From positions 124,001 through 188,000 of IMG/VR virus record IMGVR_UViG_3300044997_001199: DNA of 64,000 bases, one strand, 5' to 3'. The notes below the pieces were generated by a model. It made no database searches. It saw nothing but the letters and a program-made list of their open reading frames with translations, and had not been told where the DNA came from. This document shows positions 55,482 to 64,000 of the stretch, in pieces; positions within the stretch are counted from its first letter, which is position 1, and each line of letters begins with the position of its first letter. The translations under genes and the position numbers were made by a program.

Positions 55482-55859
55482 ATGAGCAACACAGTGTTTG
55501 ATAAGCTAGCGGAAAAGTATCCATTTATCTCACTGTGCGTCTACGCCAATGTTGAGTATGTGGGTGTGATACAGAATCGAGACGATGCTGTGACCACGAT
55601 CTATGACTACGGTTCAGTGATCACAGCCCAAGACAAATTGGATTTCCTGGAACTGGCTGCAGTATGGTGGTGGGATTCCAATAGATCCATACCCATAAAC
55701 ATTTTTCTCAAGGGAGAATGGGATCGTTTTCGATTTACTCTCCGAACATTTAGCAACAAGGATCTTGCTATAGTCCATGGACCTGTGTGCAGCCTGGCTG
55801 ATATTTCTCGCAAAAAGTCCAAACGCAAATCAATCATGCTGGTCCGTAGAATTGAGTAG
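55482..55859 (+). CDS. Conserved hypothetical protein
   Basis: 125-aa ORF, divergent from upstream gene. Confidence 0.7.
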   Translation: MSNTVFDKLAEKYPFISLCVYANVEYVGVIQNRDDAVTTIYDYGSVITAQDKLDFLELAAVWWWDSNRSIPINIFLKGEWDRFRFTLRTFSNKDLAIVHGPVCSLADISRKKSKRKSIMLVRRIE

Positions 55860-56408
55860 ATTCATGTGAAGAGCGACCAACATGCTGTAACTGACCGCAT
55901 GAGACTTTTTGAATACAAACCCGCGGCTATCGTCGCCATTCCATACTTCAGCAAACACCTGGGGCCACGGTTGTCCTTGTAGATATGCCTTGCCGGGACG
56001 TATCACACTGATAAATGCAGCCATACGTTCAATGGAATCGGGGCGCATCTGGTCCAGAAGTTTGGTGTAGTTTCCGATGTGCACTAACTTTTCGGCCCAG
56101 ACCGGGTCGGTCCAGAGTCGTGACCACGGCGGTATGCGTGTGAGCAATTGTTCATAGTGGTCTGTGTCACGTATCAGTTGGTAGACCGACATGTTGAGCA
56201 AATCAATTTTGAAGTAGCCTCGTTGATCGGCAGTTTCATAATCTATAGACGCACACCCCGACACTGGGTCTCGGGGAATACCAGTGACATAGATGCCCGA
56301 ATTATGACGACAAGCGTCACCGAATCGGGTTTGTCGAGCCGGTATGTGTTTGATGAGTTTGAGAATTGCAGTGCGATCTGCAAGGTCAATGTCTATGTCA
56401 GCACTCAT
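55830..56408 (-). CDS. Minimal DnaE (Pol III alpha)-like protein
   Basis: ADIDID; RHNSGIYV; GYFKIDLL; IRPG; FKKSHA.SY in only 192 aa. Confidence 0.8.
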   Translation of the reverse strand: MSADIDIDLADRTAILKLIKHIPARQTRFGDACRHNSGIYVTGIPRDPVSGCASIDYETADQRGYFKIDLLNMSVYQLIRDTDHYEQLLTRIPPWSRLWTDPVWAEKLVHIGNYTKLLDQMRPDSIERMAAFISVIRPGKAYLQGQPWPQVFAEVWNGDDSRGFVFKKSHAVSYSMLVALHMNLLNSTDQHD

Positions 56409-56442
56409 GTTGGTCTTTTGTCAAAGAAACAGAATACCAATG

Positions 56443-57600
56443 TCATTGGCGTACAAAATTTGCAAGAATCTGATCGAATCTGATCACAGCTTGATAATCG
56501 CATTCGCAGGTCAAAAAGTTTAGTTTGTTTTGCTGAGTCATACATCGATACTGCTCACTGTCAAACACCTCCGGATTGTTGTGTAGCCAGGCAACTGCAT
56601 GACTGAGTTGTTGATAGCGCACGTCGTGGTCTAGTATACCGTCAAATTTCTGCATTTCTTCAGGTAGCAAATTCCATGCAGTGTAAAAACCAATTTCATT
56701 GTATAAACGATTTATATTTGCCCCGGCCACTGGCAGTGGTAGAGTTTCGGCATAAAAACATTTTAATGCCTTTTCTGTGATCGATAATTCATTGTTTTGC
56801 CAGCTTGTTTCGGGAAATATTACACAGGCATGTTGAAAATACAAGGGCAAATGAAAATGACCCGGAGGTATTTTTCCAAAGCGATCGTCGATGCCCACAG
56901 AAACGGACTGGTCGTAGTAGGTGTTGGCGAAATCCTCGATCAATGAATGTGAGTATTTCTGATTGACCCATGTTCGGAATTTGGTATCTTCCGATGATTC
57001 CCAACAAGATTCTCCTATTTCACATATCTGCTCGGTCACACTGTTTTTTATAGTGATATCTAAATTCAACTGTGCTAGGTAATCCATAAACAATTGTCGC
57101 ACAGTGCGATTGGCACCATTGATATAGAACAAAGAATTTGTCTTTTCATCTGTGCGTTGTTTACACAAATCATAGTATTGTGGATAGAAATGTCTGGTCC
57201 AGTAGTCTCTGCAGGTCATTATTTCGTCAGGAAACCAGATGACTTTGTTTTTGATTTCAACCTCGTCAGACAGATAACTGTTGGCAATTAAAAATACATT
57301 GTTATGTTGTAGTAGATATTTTAGTGCCGGGCTGGACACGCTAAGTGGTTCACCTCTGTTACAGATCAATACGATATCATACTGTTGTATTTGCGCGTCC
57401 GTGATCGATAGTGTTTTACTGTTTTTTTCGAATAAAACGCTGAGATTGTAATCTTCTTTATTGAACTTAAATGCTGTGTCAGTTAAAAATGTATATTGAT
57501 TGTTATTCTTGTAGCTTGCCCGAGATTGCTCATAGGCGTTCCATGCATCAAATAACTGGATTCCGATTGACGGTCGAGGATTATTAATAAGAATTTTCAC
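56443..57600 (-). CDS. GT10-like putative glycosyltransferase
   Basis: VIFPETS....SITEK..K.F....P.P.AG....LYNEIGF. Confidence 0.5.
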   Translation of the reverse strand: MKILINNPRPSIGIQLFDAWNAYEQSRASYKNNNQYTFLTDTAFKFNKEDYNLSVLFEKNSKTLSITDAQIQQYDIVLICNRGEPLSVSSPALKYLLQHNNVFLIANSYLSDEVEIKNKVIWFPDEIMTCRDYWTRHFYPQYYDLCKQRTDEKTNSLFYINGANRTVRQLFMDYLAQLNLDITIKNSVTEQICEIGESCWESSEDTKFRTWVNQKYSHSLIEDFANTYYDQSVSVGIDDRFGKIPPGHFHLPLYFQHACVIFPETSWQNNELSITEKALKCFYAETLPLPVAGANINRLYNEIGFYTAWNLLPEEMQKFDGILDHDVRYQQLSHAVAWLHNNPEVFDSEQYRCMTQQNKLNFLTCECDYQAVIRFDQILANFVRQ

Positions 57601-57601
57601 G

Positions 57602-58300
57602 TTACCATCCTGCTTTTTCTAGTAGGTCTTTGATTCTCTCTTGGTCGGATAGATAGTCGTGAAACTTTTTTTTCCAACTGTCCGATTCGATATAGGGCCA
57701 TATCATGGCAAGTTGATCTGCTGTTAAATTTTCCAGAAACTGCTGACCTGACTTGCAGTTGTATATCACCCAGGGTGAAATACGACCCGAAACCACAGCA
57801 TGACACAGTGTATGAACATTTCCGTATCGCAGGCAATGCTCGGCAGCGGCCTGATTTCGTTCGGCCCAATCAATGGCCCATTCCAGTGTACGTGCTAGTG
57901 CCTCCTCAGCAGATTCTTGTCGCAGATGCGTGACTAGATATTCTGTATATGCTGTATCGCTGGCCCAGCGATCGACTTTTTTGTTGTTCTTTAATAGCCA
58001 GGTCAGAAATTGTGCAGGAGCCACAGCGCGGGTATCCACACAATATCGACCCCATTTCACAAATGCTCGATAATACGGCGAATCCGCGAAATCGTCAAAG
58101 GTCCTTAGGCGATTAGATCCCTGTGACATCTGATAAAACTGCAAAAAGGCCTGGAACCCCAGCTGTACCCCGCGCTCGCCTTGTTCATGCCGCCGCCGCT
58201 TGGGCTCACACATGTGCACTGCCAGGCTGTTTTCTCGAGAGAATTCTTTACGACAATGATCACAACGAAATTTAATCGCTGTTTCCATGTTTTTTAACAT
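57602..58300 (-). CDS. Conserved protein with N-terminal zinc finger
   Basis: CDHCRKEFSRENSLAVHMC. Confidence 0.7.
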   Translation of the reverse strand: MLKNMETAIKFRCDHCRKEFSRENSLAVHMCEPKRRRHEQGERGVQLGFQAFLQFYQMSQGSNRLRTFDDFADSPYYRAFVKWGRYCVDTRAVAPAQFLTWLLKNNKKVDRWASDTAYTEYLVTHLRQESAEEALARTLEWAIDWAERNQAAAEHCLRYGNVHTLCHAVVSGRISPWVIYNCKSGQQFLENLTADQLAMIWPYIESDSWKKKFHDYLSDQERIKDLLEKAGW

Positions 58301-58769
58301 AGTCGTTGATTTCCTGTTGTGTCACGATTTCATTCAGCAGATCAATTTCATCATCGCGACGATTGGGAAACAGTTCGCGCAGTTGTTTCCGCTTGGCAGA
58401 ATCGGTGCGGTCTCGTTTTTTTGGTGCAATCCAGGAGTGACGATGGACGCCCAGGTTTGGGCTGACCGAAGTGGCCATGAGCCACTGAAGTTTTTTGTGC
58501 CGTGCTGTGTTGACTGCAAAAAAATGTTGATTCAATCTTTCGTTAGTGGCAATCACATAGAATTCCTGTAACTCTCGGGAACCCTCGACGGAGCTGCCCC
58601 AGCGTATCATGAGATATGGAGAAAACTTTTGACGTTCTTCATCACTAAGGCTGTCATAGAAACCACGATCTTTGAGATCAAGACAGCGCATTTCGTTGCC
58701 AATGTTGAGTTTATCGCTCGTCGGCTCACGTGGTTTTACAACGGAACTGCTTGTATTTTTTCTAGCCAT
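58272..58769 (-). CDS. Clamp loader small subunit (T4 gp62-like); start uncertain
   Basis: FSPYLMIRW; NERLN.HF; KLQW; WIAPKK; replication-module context. Confidence 0.65.
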   Translation of the reverse strand: MARKNTSSSVVKPREPTSDKLNIGNEMRCLDLKDRGFYDSLSDEERQKFSPYLMIRWGSSVEGSRELQEFYVIATNERLNQHFFAVNTARHKKLQWLMATSVSPNLGVHRHSWIAPKKRDRTDSAKRKQLRELFPNRRDDEIDLLNEIVTQQEINDYVKKHGNSD

Positions 58770-59611
58770 TGCTTATGATAACATTCTATAAAGTCTTTGT
58801 CAAAATCATGCAGATCAATCCACTGATACAGAGATCGCATGGTATCTAGACATCGGTCAGCATTCAACAAACATTCTGCATCAAATTCAAACACTTCTCG
58901 ATTTGTGCACACCTGGTCCAGATGCTGTTTTTCATTCTGTCGGTAACACCTGTCTGCGGCAGGATGCATGATATATCGAAATATATCACCGTGCCTCACA
59001 AATAACAGTTCTTTTTGTATGTTTGGATCTAGGTTACTAAACTCTTGCCAAGTGGTAGGGGCTGACATCGGCCAACTGGGATCGCGAACCGTTTGCCAAA
59101 ATACATCGAATTCTTGCTGATTGTGTCTTACTCCCCGAAACTCAAGGAATTGATCTGTATTGACAAATCTGACCACCCGGGCTTGATGCCAGACTCTTAG
59201 CGCAGCCTCTAGATGACCAGCATCATGAAAGTCCATGAACCAAACCAGAGTAGATCTAGACAGCTCGTGCATGCATTCGATCCAAGGCCAATATTGAGCT
59301 GTGTGTGGTCTTAGTCTTACATAGGTGTGCTCTTTTATCCCGGTTAGATTGACGGTGCCAAGGTGTAGGTCTTGCCAGCGACCATGTTCAGCTGCCAACC
59401 TTGTGAGCACTAGATTTTGTTTTTGTTGGGGCGTTAGATCATTAAAAAACTGTTGCCTTGCTAGAGAGTCATCCTGTAGCACTGCTCGTGCACTCACTGC
59501 TAGACAATTGATCACAAACTTGCCACCTGCTCCCCAGGGATACACCACAAACACAGCATGTGTGTTATCAAAGTTTATGCCGAGTCGGGGCCAATCTGAA
59601 TAAACTACCAT
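58736..59611 (-). CDS. Hypothetical protein, sulfotransferase-like N-terminal loop
   Basis: VFVVYPWGAGGKFVINCL; VRDPSWP motif. Confidence 0.55.
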   Translation of the reverse strand: MVVYSDWPRLGINFDNTHAVFVVYPWGAGGKFVINCLAVSARAVLQDDSLARQQFFNDLTPQQKQNLVLTRLAAEHGRWQDLHLGTVNLTGIKEHTYVRLRPHTAQYWPWIECMHELSRSTLVWFMDFHDAGHLEAALRVWHQARVVRFVNTDQFLEFRGVRHNQQEFDVFWQTVRDPSWPMSAPTTWQEFSNLDPNIQKELLFVRHGDIFRYIMHPAADRCYRQNEKQHLDQVCTNREVFEFDAECLLNADRCLDTMRSLYQWIDLHDFDKDFIECYHKQWLEKIQAVPL

Positions 59612-60105
59612 GCTTTACGATAGTCTACAATTTCACAGGTGCGAGAAATATCTTTTACAAAGTAGATACATTCGGGGTTAAAGTGGTTGGTAATGGGCAC
59701 TGCCAGCAGTTGACCATTTTTGAGTTTGGGCGCGTACCAATTTACTTCGTGATACACATCCACTATCTCAATGTCTAAGAAACTGGGGCGAAATGAAGTC
59801 AGCGGGTTAAACTGAAATACGTTGAAGCCACGATCATTGATCGAGGTCAATGGCAGTGCTTCAAGGTCCCCCACATCGGCGTCGCCGATCAAGACCTGCC
59901 AATCCATGGGCATACGTACTACGGCTTCGCCTATTCTGAGAACCAATGCAGGTGCATTGAAACTCTCGAGAAAGATCAGAGGTATGAAATAATAGTCAGG
60001 TTCTGTGGGATTGGAATTGTCCAGGATCGCAAATCGCATGTCATCGATTTCATCCGGCAAGTGATCTAAATCGTAAAACTGATTTTCTAGTGTCAATATT
60101 CGCAT
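59605..60105 (-). CDS. Conserved hypothetical protein (possible Hint-like beta fold)
   Basis: All-beta pattern; adjacent to uvsW. Confidence 0.65.
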   Translation of the reverse strand: MRILTLENQFYDLDHLPDEIDDMRFAILDNSNPTEPDYYFIPLIFLESFNAPALVLRIGEAVVRMPMDWQVLIGDADVGDLEALPLTSINDRGFNVFQFNPLTSFRPSFLDIEIVDVYHEVNWYAPKLKNGQLLAVPITNHFNPECIYFVKDISRTCEIVDYRKAW

Positions 60106-60147
60106 GTTGTTATTTTACAAGAACGTTGCCGATAACACAACAGTAGG

Positions 60148-61605
60148 TCATCTCCATTCTAGCCTTTCCTGTGAAAATGGATATTGTGCGTCGCGATAGT
60201 AGGCCTTGCGCTTGGTCAAATGTCGTTTGGCGAACCTACACGTGGAGGTTATATCCCAGATCTCCACGTGGTCCTTGTCTTCGGCTTTTCGAATACCGCG
60301 GCCAATCGACTGAATAACTCGGACAAAACTCTTGCCAGGCTCCACGAGCACAAGATTAAAAATACGAGGAATATTGATACCAACAGCAGCAACCCCATAT
60401 GTAGCGACGATAATTTTGTCGCTAGCCTCTGAAACTTCGTCATAGTGATCTCGTCTTTCGGCTGATTTTGTAGACCCTGATATGAATACTGCGTTCGGTA
60501 ATTTACTTACCAGAGCTTCGCCGGCGGCGATTCGATCTACCAAGATCAGGGTATTGCCTGTGTTCTTGACCTTGTTGACCAAATCAGCAATGGCGTCGAG
60601 TCGGCCGGGTTCTTCGAGCAGATACTTGAGTTCGCTTTGATAGTTGGAAAATTCAACGGAATCCACCAGTTGCACGACATTGACATGACACTGTGCCAAC
60701 ACTCCGCGACCCTGCAGTTCGGCAGCGGCCAACCTGGACACCACTGGCCCCAGACTTACCAACAATGACTGACTCTCAAATGCTTCTTTGGGTATGGTGC
60801 CTGTGAGTCCCCAACGCATGGGCACTTGACTCATCACCCCGGTGAGCAGGCTTTTGAGCGCGTCGGCCTTGGCCATGTGCACTTCGTCCACGATCACACA
60901 GATCACGTTTTCTAAAAATTCTTGTATGGTAATAAGTGCAGTCTGATTGCGTGTGTTTTTCAGCAACACATTGAGACTCTGCCAGGTGCAGATGGTATGT
61001 TGATGTCCAAACTCTTTGCGGTCACCAAAAAACACTCCTACGTCAAGGCCAAGATTACGATAATCTACCTCGGTCTGCGTGACCAGACTTTTGTTAGGAA
61101 CGATCACGATGCTACGTCCGTACTGCCCTGCGGCATCACTTAGCGCAGCGGTCATGATGGTTTTGCCTGCACCTGTGGCCACTTCCTGCACACACTGCGG
61201 GTTAGCCAGAAAGTTGTTGATGATTTCAATCTGATAATCGCGTAGTAATATGGCCTGACCTGCGGCAGGGTGTCCCTTGGGCCATGTCCGGTCTTGGTAT
61301 GTGGTTTCAACTACTGAGTTAAATTCAAAAGTAGTGCGGTAGTTTCGTTGGTCGTCTAGTTCTATGTCGTACCCATCCTCTTCCAATATGGGCAGTATGT
61401 CGGGCAAGAGATTTACGTAGGTACTGCCGCCCAATTGAAAATAGGCTACCTTGCCATCCCAGCGTCCTAACCGCACTGCGGGCAAATAGCGGGCATATGG
61501 CACATCATATTTGAATCGATTGACCAACCGACGACGCGTATCAAGGTCCAGACCTTCTAATTTGATGTTGACTTCGTCGCGGATAATCAGTTGAGCTTTT
61601 TTCAT
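60148..61605 (-). CDS. uvsW: SF2 DNA helicase, UvsW-like
   Basis: LRDYQ; ATGAGKT; VDEVH; GLTGT; ATYG.AAVGINIP; QSIGRGIR. Confidence 0.92.
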   Translation of the reverse strand: MKKAQLIIRDEVNIKLEGLDLDTRRRLVNRFKYDVPYARYLPAVRLGRWDGKVAYFQLGGSTYVNLLPDILPILEEDGYDIELDDQRNYRTTFEFNSVVETTYQDRTWPKGHPAAGQAILLRDYQIEIINNFLANPQCVQEVATGAGKTIMTAALSDAAGQYGRSIVIVPNKSLVTQTEVDYRNLGLDVGVFFGDRKEFGHQHTICTWQSLNVLLKNTRNQTALITIQEFLENVICVIVDEVHMAKADALKSLLTGVMSQVPMRWGLTGTIPKEAFESQSLLVSLGPVVSRLAAAELQGRGVLAQCHVNVVQLVDSVEFSNYQSELKYLLEEPGRLDAIADLVNKVKNTGNTLILVDRIAAGEALVSKLPNAVFISGSTKSAERRDHYDEVSEASDKIIVATYGVAAVGINIPRIFNLVLVEPGKSFVRVIQSIGRGIRKAEDKDHVEIWDITSTCRFAKRHLTKRKAYYRDAQYPFSQERLEWR

Positions 61606-61631
61606 GTACTGAAGCTTAACATGATTTCCTT

Positions 61632-62516
61632 TTAGGCACGATCAATTTGGATTGTTTTAAGACACTGGTGTTGAGAAATCTGCCGGAATATCTCATCTTG
61701 TTCTGCAGATTGATCAAGTTTAGCTATAGTAATTCCACCTAGACTGAGACGTTTGGTGGGTTTTTCATATCCCAGCTTGGCGAAAAACTCCCTATGTTGA
61801 GCAAAATACTTCCAGATTCTTTGTTCAACCTCGGAATGCTGTTGAAAAGACTGGTCAGTGAATCTCACCGTAAAATCAAAACAATAATGACGCTGAGGAA
61901 CAAAAGCATCTTCGCTTATCCATTGGTCGTCGTCGTGCCAGAGGTCGTATAAGTTTTTTCCAATTTCACAGTAATTTAATCTAAGATCTCCCCATTCTTC
62001 GTGTAAAGAAAAATGCTGATAATCCTCTGGCAGCAGTTCATCGCGATAGGGTTTGTGTTTCCAGGTGGCTACAAATCTTGGAATCCCCCCCAGCGTTTCA
62101 TACCGATGTATCCAGATGTTAAGGTCTCCCAAGGCTACTTGTACCGGCACAGGGGCATTACGAAAAAATTCATTGTTGTCTTGCTGATCATACAATCCAT
62201 GATACCGTTCAAAGATATGGTGCAGGTAATTAAGGTCATCTCGGCTGAGAGTTTCACCTATGTCGCGGTCTATGATATCGGGCGAATAATCTCGGATTGT
62301 CGCCACGAGATGTTTTAAATGCTGGATTGTTTCTTTGTGACCATAACGACCGTGCGGAAAATTGTAAAATCTTAAGGAATCATCCCATGGTTGCCCGGCA
62401 TCAATAAAATATTGGAGATGTTTGAGCCAACGGTCGGCGATGCCAATGGGCAGAAGATCAAACCGTAAATCATAATTATCTATTCCGTTGGTAAGCGTGA
62501 TAAGTACCTGAGTCAT
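61632..62516 (-). CDS. Conserved hypothetical protein
   Basis: 294-aa ORF; YCEIGK.L.DL..D.D motif. Confidence 0.7.
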   Translation of the reverse strand: MTQVLITLTNGIDNYDLRFDLLPIGIADRWLKHLQYFIDAGQPWDDSLRFYNFPHGRYGHKETIQHLKHLVATIRDYSPDIIDRDIGETLSRDDLNYLHHIFERYHGLYDQQDNNEFFRNAPVPVQVALGDLNIWIHRYETLGGIPRFVATWKHKPYRDELLPEDYQHFSLHEEWGDLRLNYCEIGKNLYDLWHDDDQWISEDAFVPQRHYCFDFTVRFTDQSFQQHSEVEQRIWKYFAQHREFFAKLGYEKPTKRLSLGGITIAKLDQSAEQDEIFRQISQHQCLKTIQIDRA

Positions 62517-63111
62517 GCATACCTCTTTTGTTCAACTAAATTTGTCAGGATCATGGTGTAATGAATGGCCCACTCTCCGGGTTCGGGGCAATGAAACTAT
62601 TTATTTTGACGGTAGTGTGATAGACAATATCAGTATCGAGTTTTCAATGCCGTTGAATGCTCTGAACACGTTGGAAATTGAACATTACGGAAAGTCCTTC
62701 GGCGAAAACGGACGTTGGGATACGCTGGTCGAGGATGGTCAAATCACGCAGGACCGCGCTGTAAAAATCAATCACATCTGCCTGGACGAGGTAGATCTCA
62801 TCGATTACCTATTTAAAAACTTTCCCATGAAAGTTGGTCAAGAAACCATTAGTACCGATTACATGGGCCACAACGGCGTCATTTCGATTGCATTTGAGTC
62901 TCCGGTGTACAATTGGATTATTAAAACTTTCGTGGCCCCAAAAGAAAGAAACAAACCCACTTTTGATCTGGTAGTAGAAACCAGCTTTGGCAACCTGTTT
63001 GATTATTCGCAGGACCTATTAGAGATAGAAGAAATTGAAAACATTCTGATCCAAAATGCACATCTCATTGATAAACCTTCCGCGATTCGAAATACACCGG
63101 CCGCCTCTTAG
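62515..63111 (+). CDS. Hypothetical protein
   Basis: TAAGTA 8 nt upstream of ATG; coupled to downstream radical SAM. Confidence 0.65.
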   Translation: MHTSFVQLNLSGSWCNEWPTLRVRGNETIYFDGSVIDNISIEFSMPLNALNTLEIEHYGKSFGENGRWDTLVEDGQITQDRAVKINHICLDEVDLIDYLFKNFPMKVGQETISTDYMGHNGVISIAFESPVYNWIIKTFVAPKERNKPTFDLVVETSFGNLFDYSQDLLEIEEIENILIQNAHLIDKPSAIRNTPAAS

Positions 63112-64000
63112 TCTCGCAATACTCAGCGAGATATGTAATCAAGAACAGGTCAAATACCGATGCCTAGATTTCAGTTTGGTTATATGGCAGGAATTGCCTC
63201 AAGATTTTGAAAAGATCGATACTTTTTGTATTACCGGAGAAATTGACCCCGAGTGCCTCGACCGTTTGGTTAGGCTAATTGACGCTACTGTCAGCAATAT
63301 TTTGGCACAAACCCCTGACACCATCTTTTCATTGAGTCTTTTAAGCACGTGGAGTTGCCATATCTGTGAATTGTTCTGCAGCAGCGTAAAACGTCAAAGC
63401 CAGTGCGAAGTGCTGCTGGGCGGTCAAGGGTTGGCGTCGGAATCTTGGGTACAAAAACAAGTGTCTGAAAAAAAAGCGGACCATTTTCTCATCGGCGAAG
63501 GTGAGATTACTTTTCGTCGATTCCTACAGGGTGCAAGGTCTGGACCCGGTATCAACAACTTTGATTTCCAACAAGTGGATGACCTTGACCAACACTGTGT
63601 GATACCCGACTACCGGGGTCTACCGCTTGAACAATACCCCTACTTGACTAGCCGTCCCGATTTGTTTATCACTGCCAGCCGCGGCTGTGTTCGTAATTGC
63701 GGCTACTGTGATATCGGGTACCTATGGAAAAAATATCGATATCGTAGCGCACAACACGTGGCCGAGGAGATGATAACTCAATACCAAAGGCATGGAATAC
63801 GTGACTTTTTTTTCACCGACAGTCTAATCAATGGTAGCATGAAGATGCTCAACGAACTTTGCGACAAGCTGATAGATTACCAAAGTAGAAATCCCATGGC
63901 TGATTTCAAATGGCGTGGGCAATATATTTTTCGCCCACGTGCCACAGTCACAGAGCAACACATAGAGAAGATGGCTGCAGCCGGGGTAACCTATCTAATT
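63056..64000 (+). CDS. B12-binding-domain radical SAM protein (partial, runs off window)
   Basis: My translation: MHISLINLP...PPLSLAIL...LLGGQG...IGEGE...ITASRGCVRNCGYCDI...FFFTDSLING. Confidence 0.88.
   Translation, partial: MHISLINLPRFEIHRPPLSLAILSEICNQEQVKYRCLDFSLVIWQELPQDFEKIDTFCITGEIDPECLDRLVRLIDATVSNILAQTPDTIFSLSLLSTWSCHICELFCSSVKRQSQCEVLLGGQGLASESWVQKQVSEKKADHFLIGEGEITFRRFLQGARSGPGINNFDFQQVDDLDQHCVIPDYRGLPLEQYPYLTSRPDLFITASRGCVRNCGYCDIGYLWKKYRYRSAQHVAEEMITQYQRHGIRDFFFTDSLINGSMKMLNELCDKLIDYQSRNPMADFKWRGQYIFRPRATVTEQHIEKMAAAGVTYLI

Noticed and set aside
59605-60105. Active intein
   Set aside because: No N-terminal Cys/Ser or C-terminal His-Asn junction, and it is a free-standing ORF.
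1-64000. Bacterial chromosome origin, suggested by dnaK, clpPX, nadE, infA, rpsU, iscU
   Set aside because: These genes are interleaved with PAAR, tail, T4-like primase/helicase/UvsW genes and TATAAATA late promoters, without their normal bacterial operon neighbours.

Overview
This window is 64 kb of a large, gene-dense T4-like (myovirus-type) phage genome, mostly encoded on the minus strand; host-derived genes look proteobacterial (inference). It holds: (i) T4-like replication genes (UvsW, clamp-loader small subunit, primase, gp41-type helicase, ATP-dependent ligase, exonuclease, NrdAB plus glutaredoxin) and a 192-aa mini-DnaE; (ii) virion genes (PAAR, beta-helix tailspike-like protein, tail fibre, probable head proteins); (iii) a broad host-takeover set: DnaK, Hsp20, ClpX, ClpP, ClpS, YccA, IF1, bS21, an atypical tRNA-Lys(UUU), IscU/IscA/ErpA, SOD, NadE, UvsE; (iv) a sugar/modification cluster (Ugd, eukaryote-type PMM, HldD-like epimerase, amidinotransferase, 2OG-Fe oxygenase, GT10-like proteins, radical SAMs). 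The most striking unexplained structures are: a three-copy cis-regulatory leader (late promoter + bulged-G hairpin + ROSE-like anti-SD) in front of dnaK, hsp20 and a phasin-like gene; an inverted cargo block bounded by stumps of the two resident flanking genes; a Pol-beta nucleotidyltransferase/KxDG-ligase-like fusion; near-leaderless late genes and near-cognate start codons; and many decayed gene stumps. All calls are from motif recognition by eye; no database searches were run.
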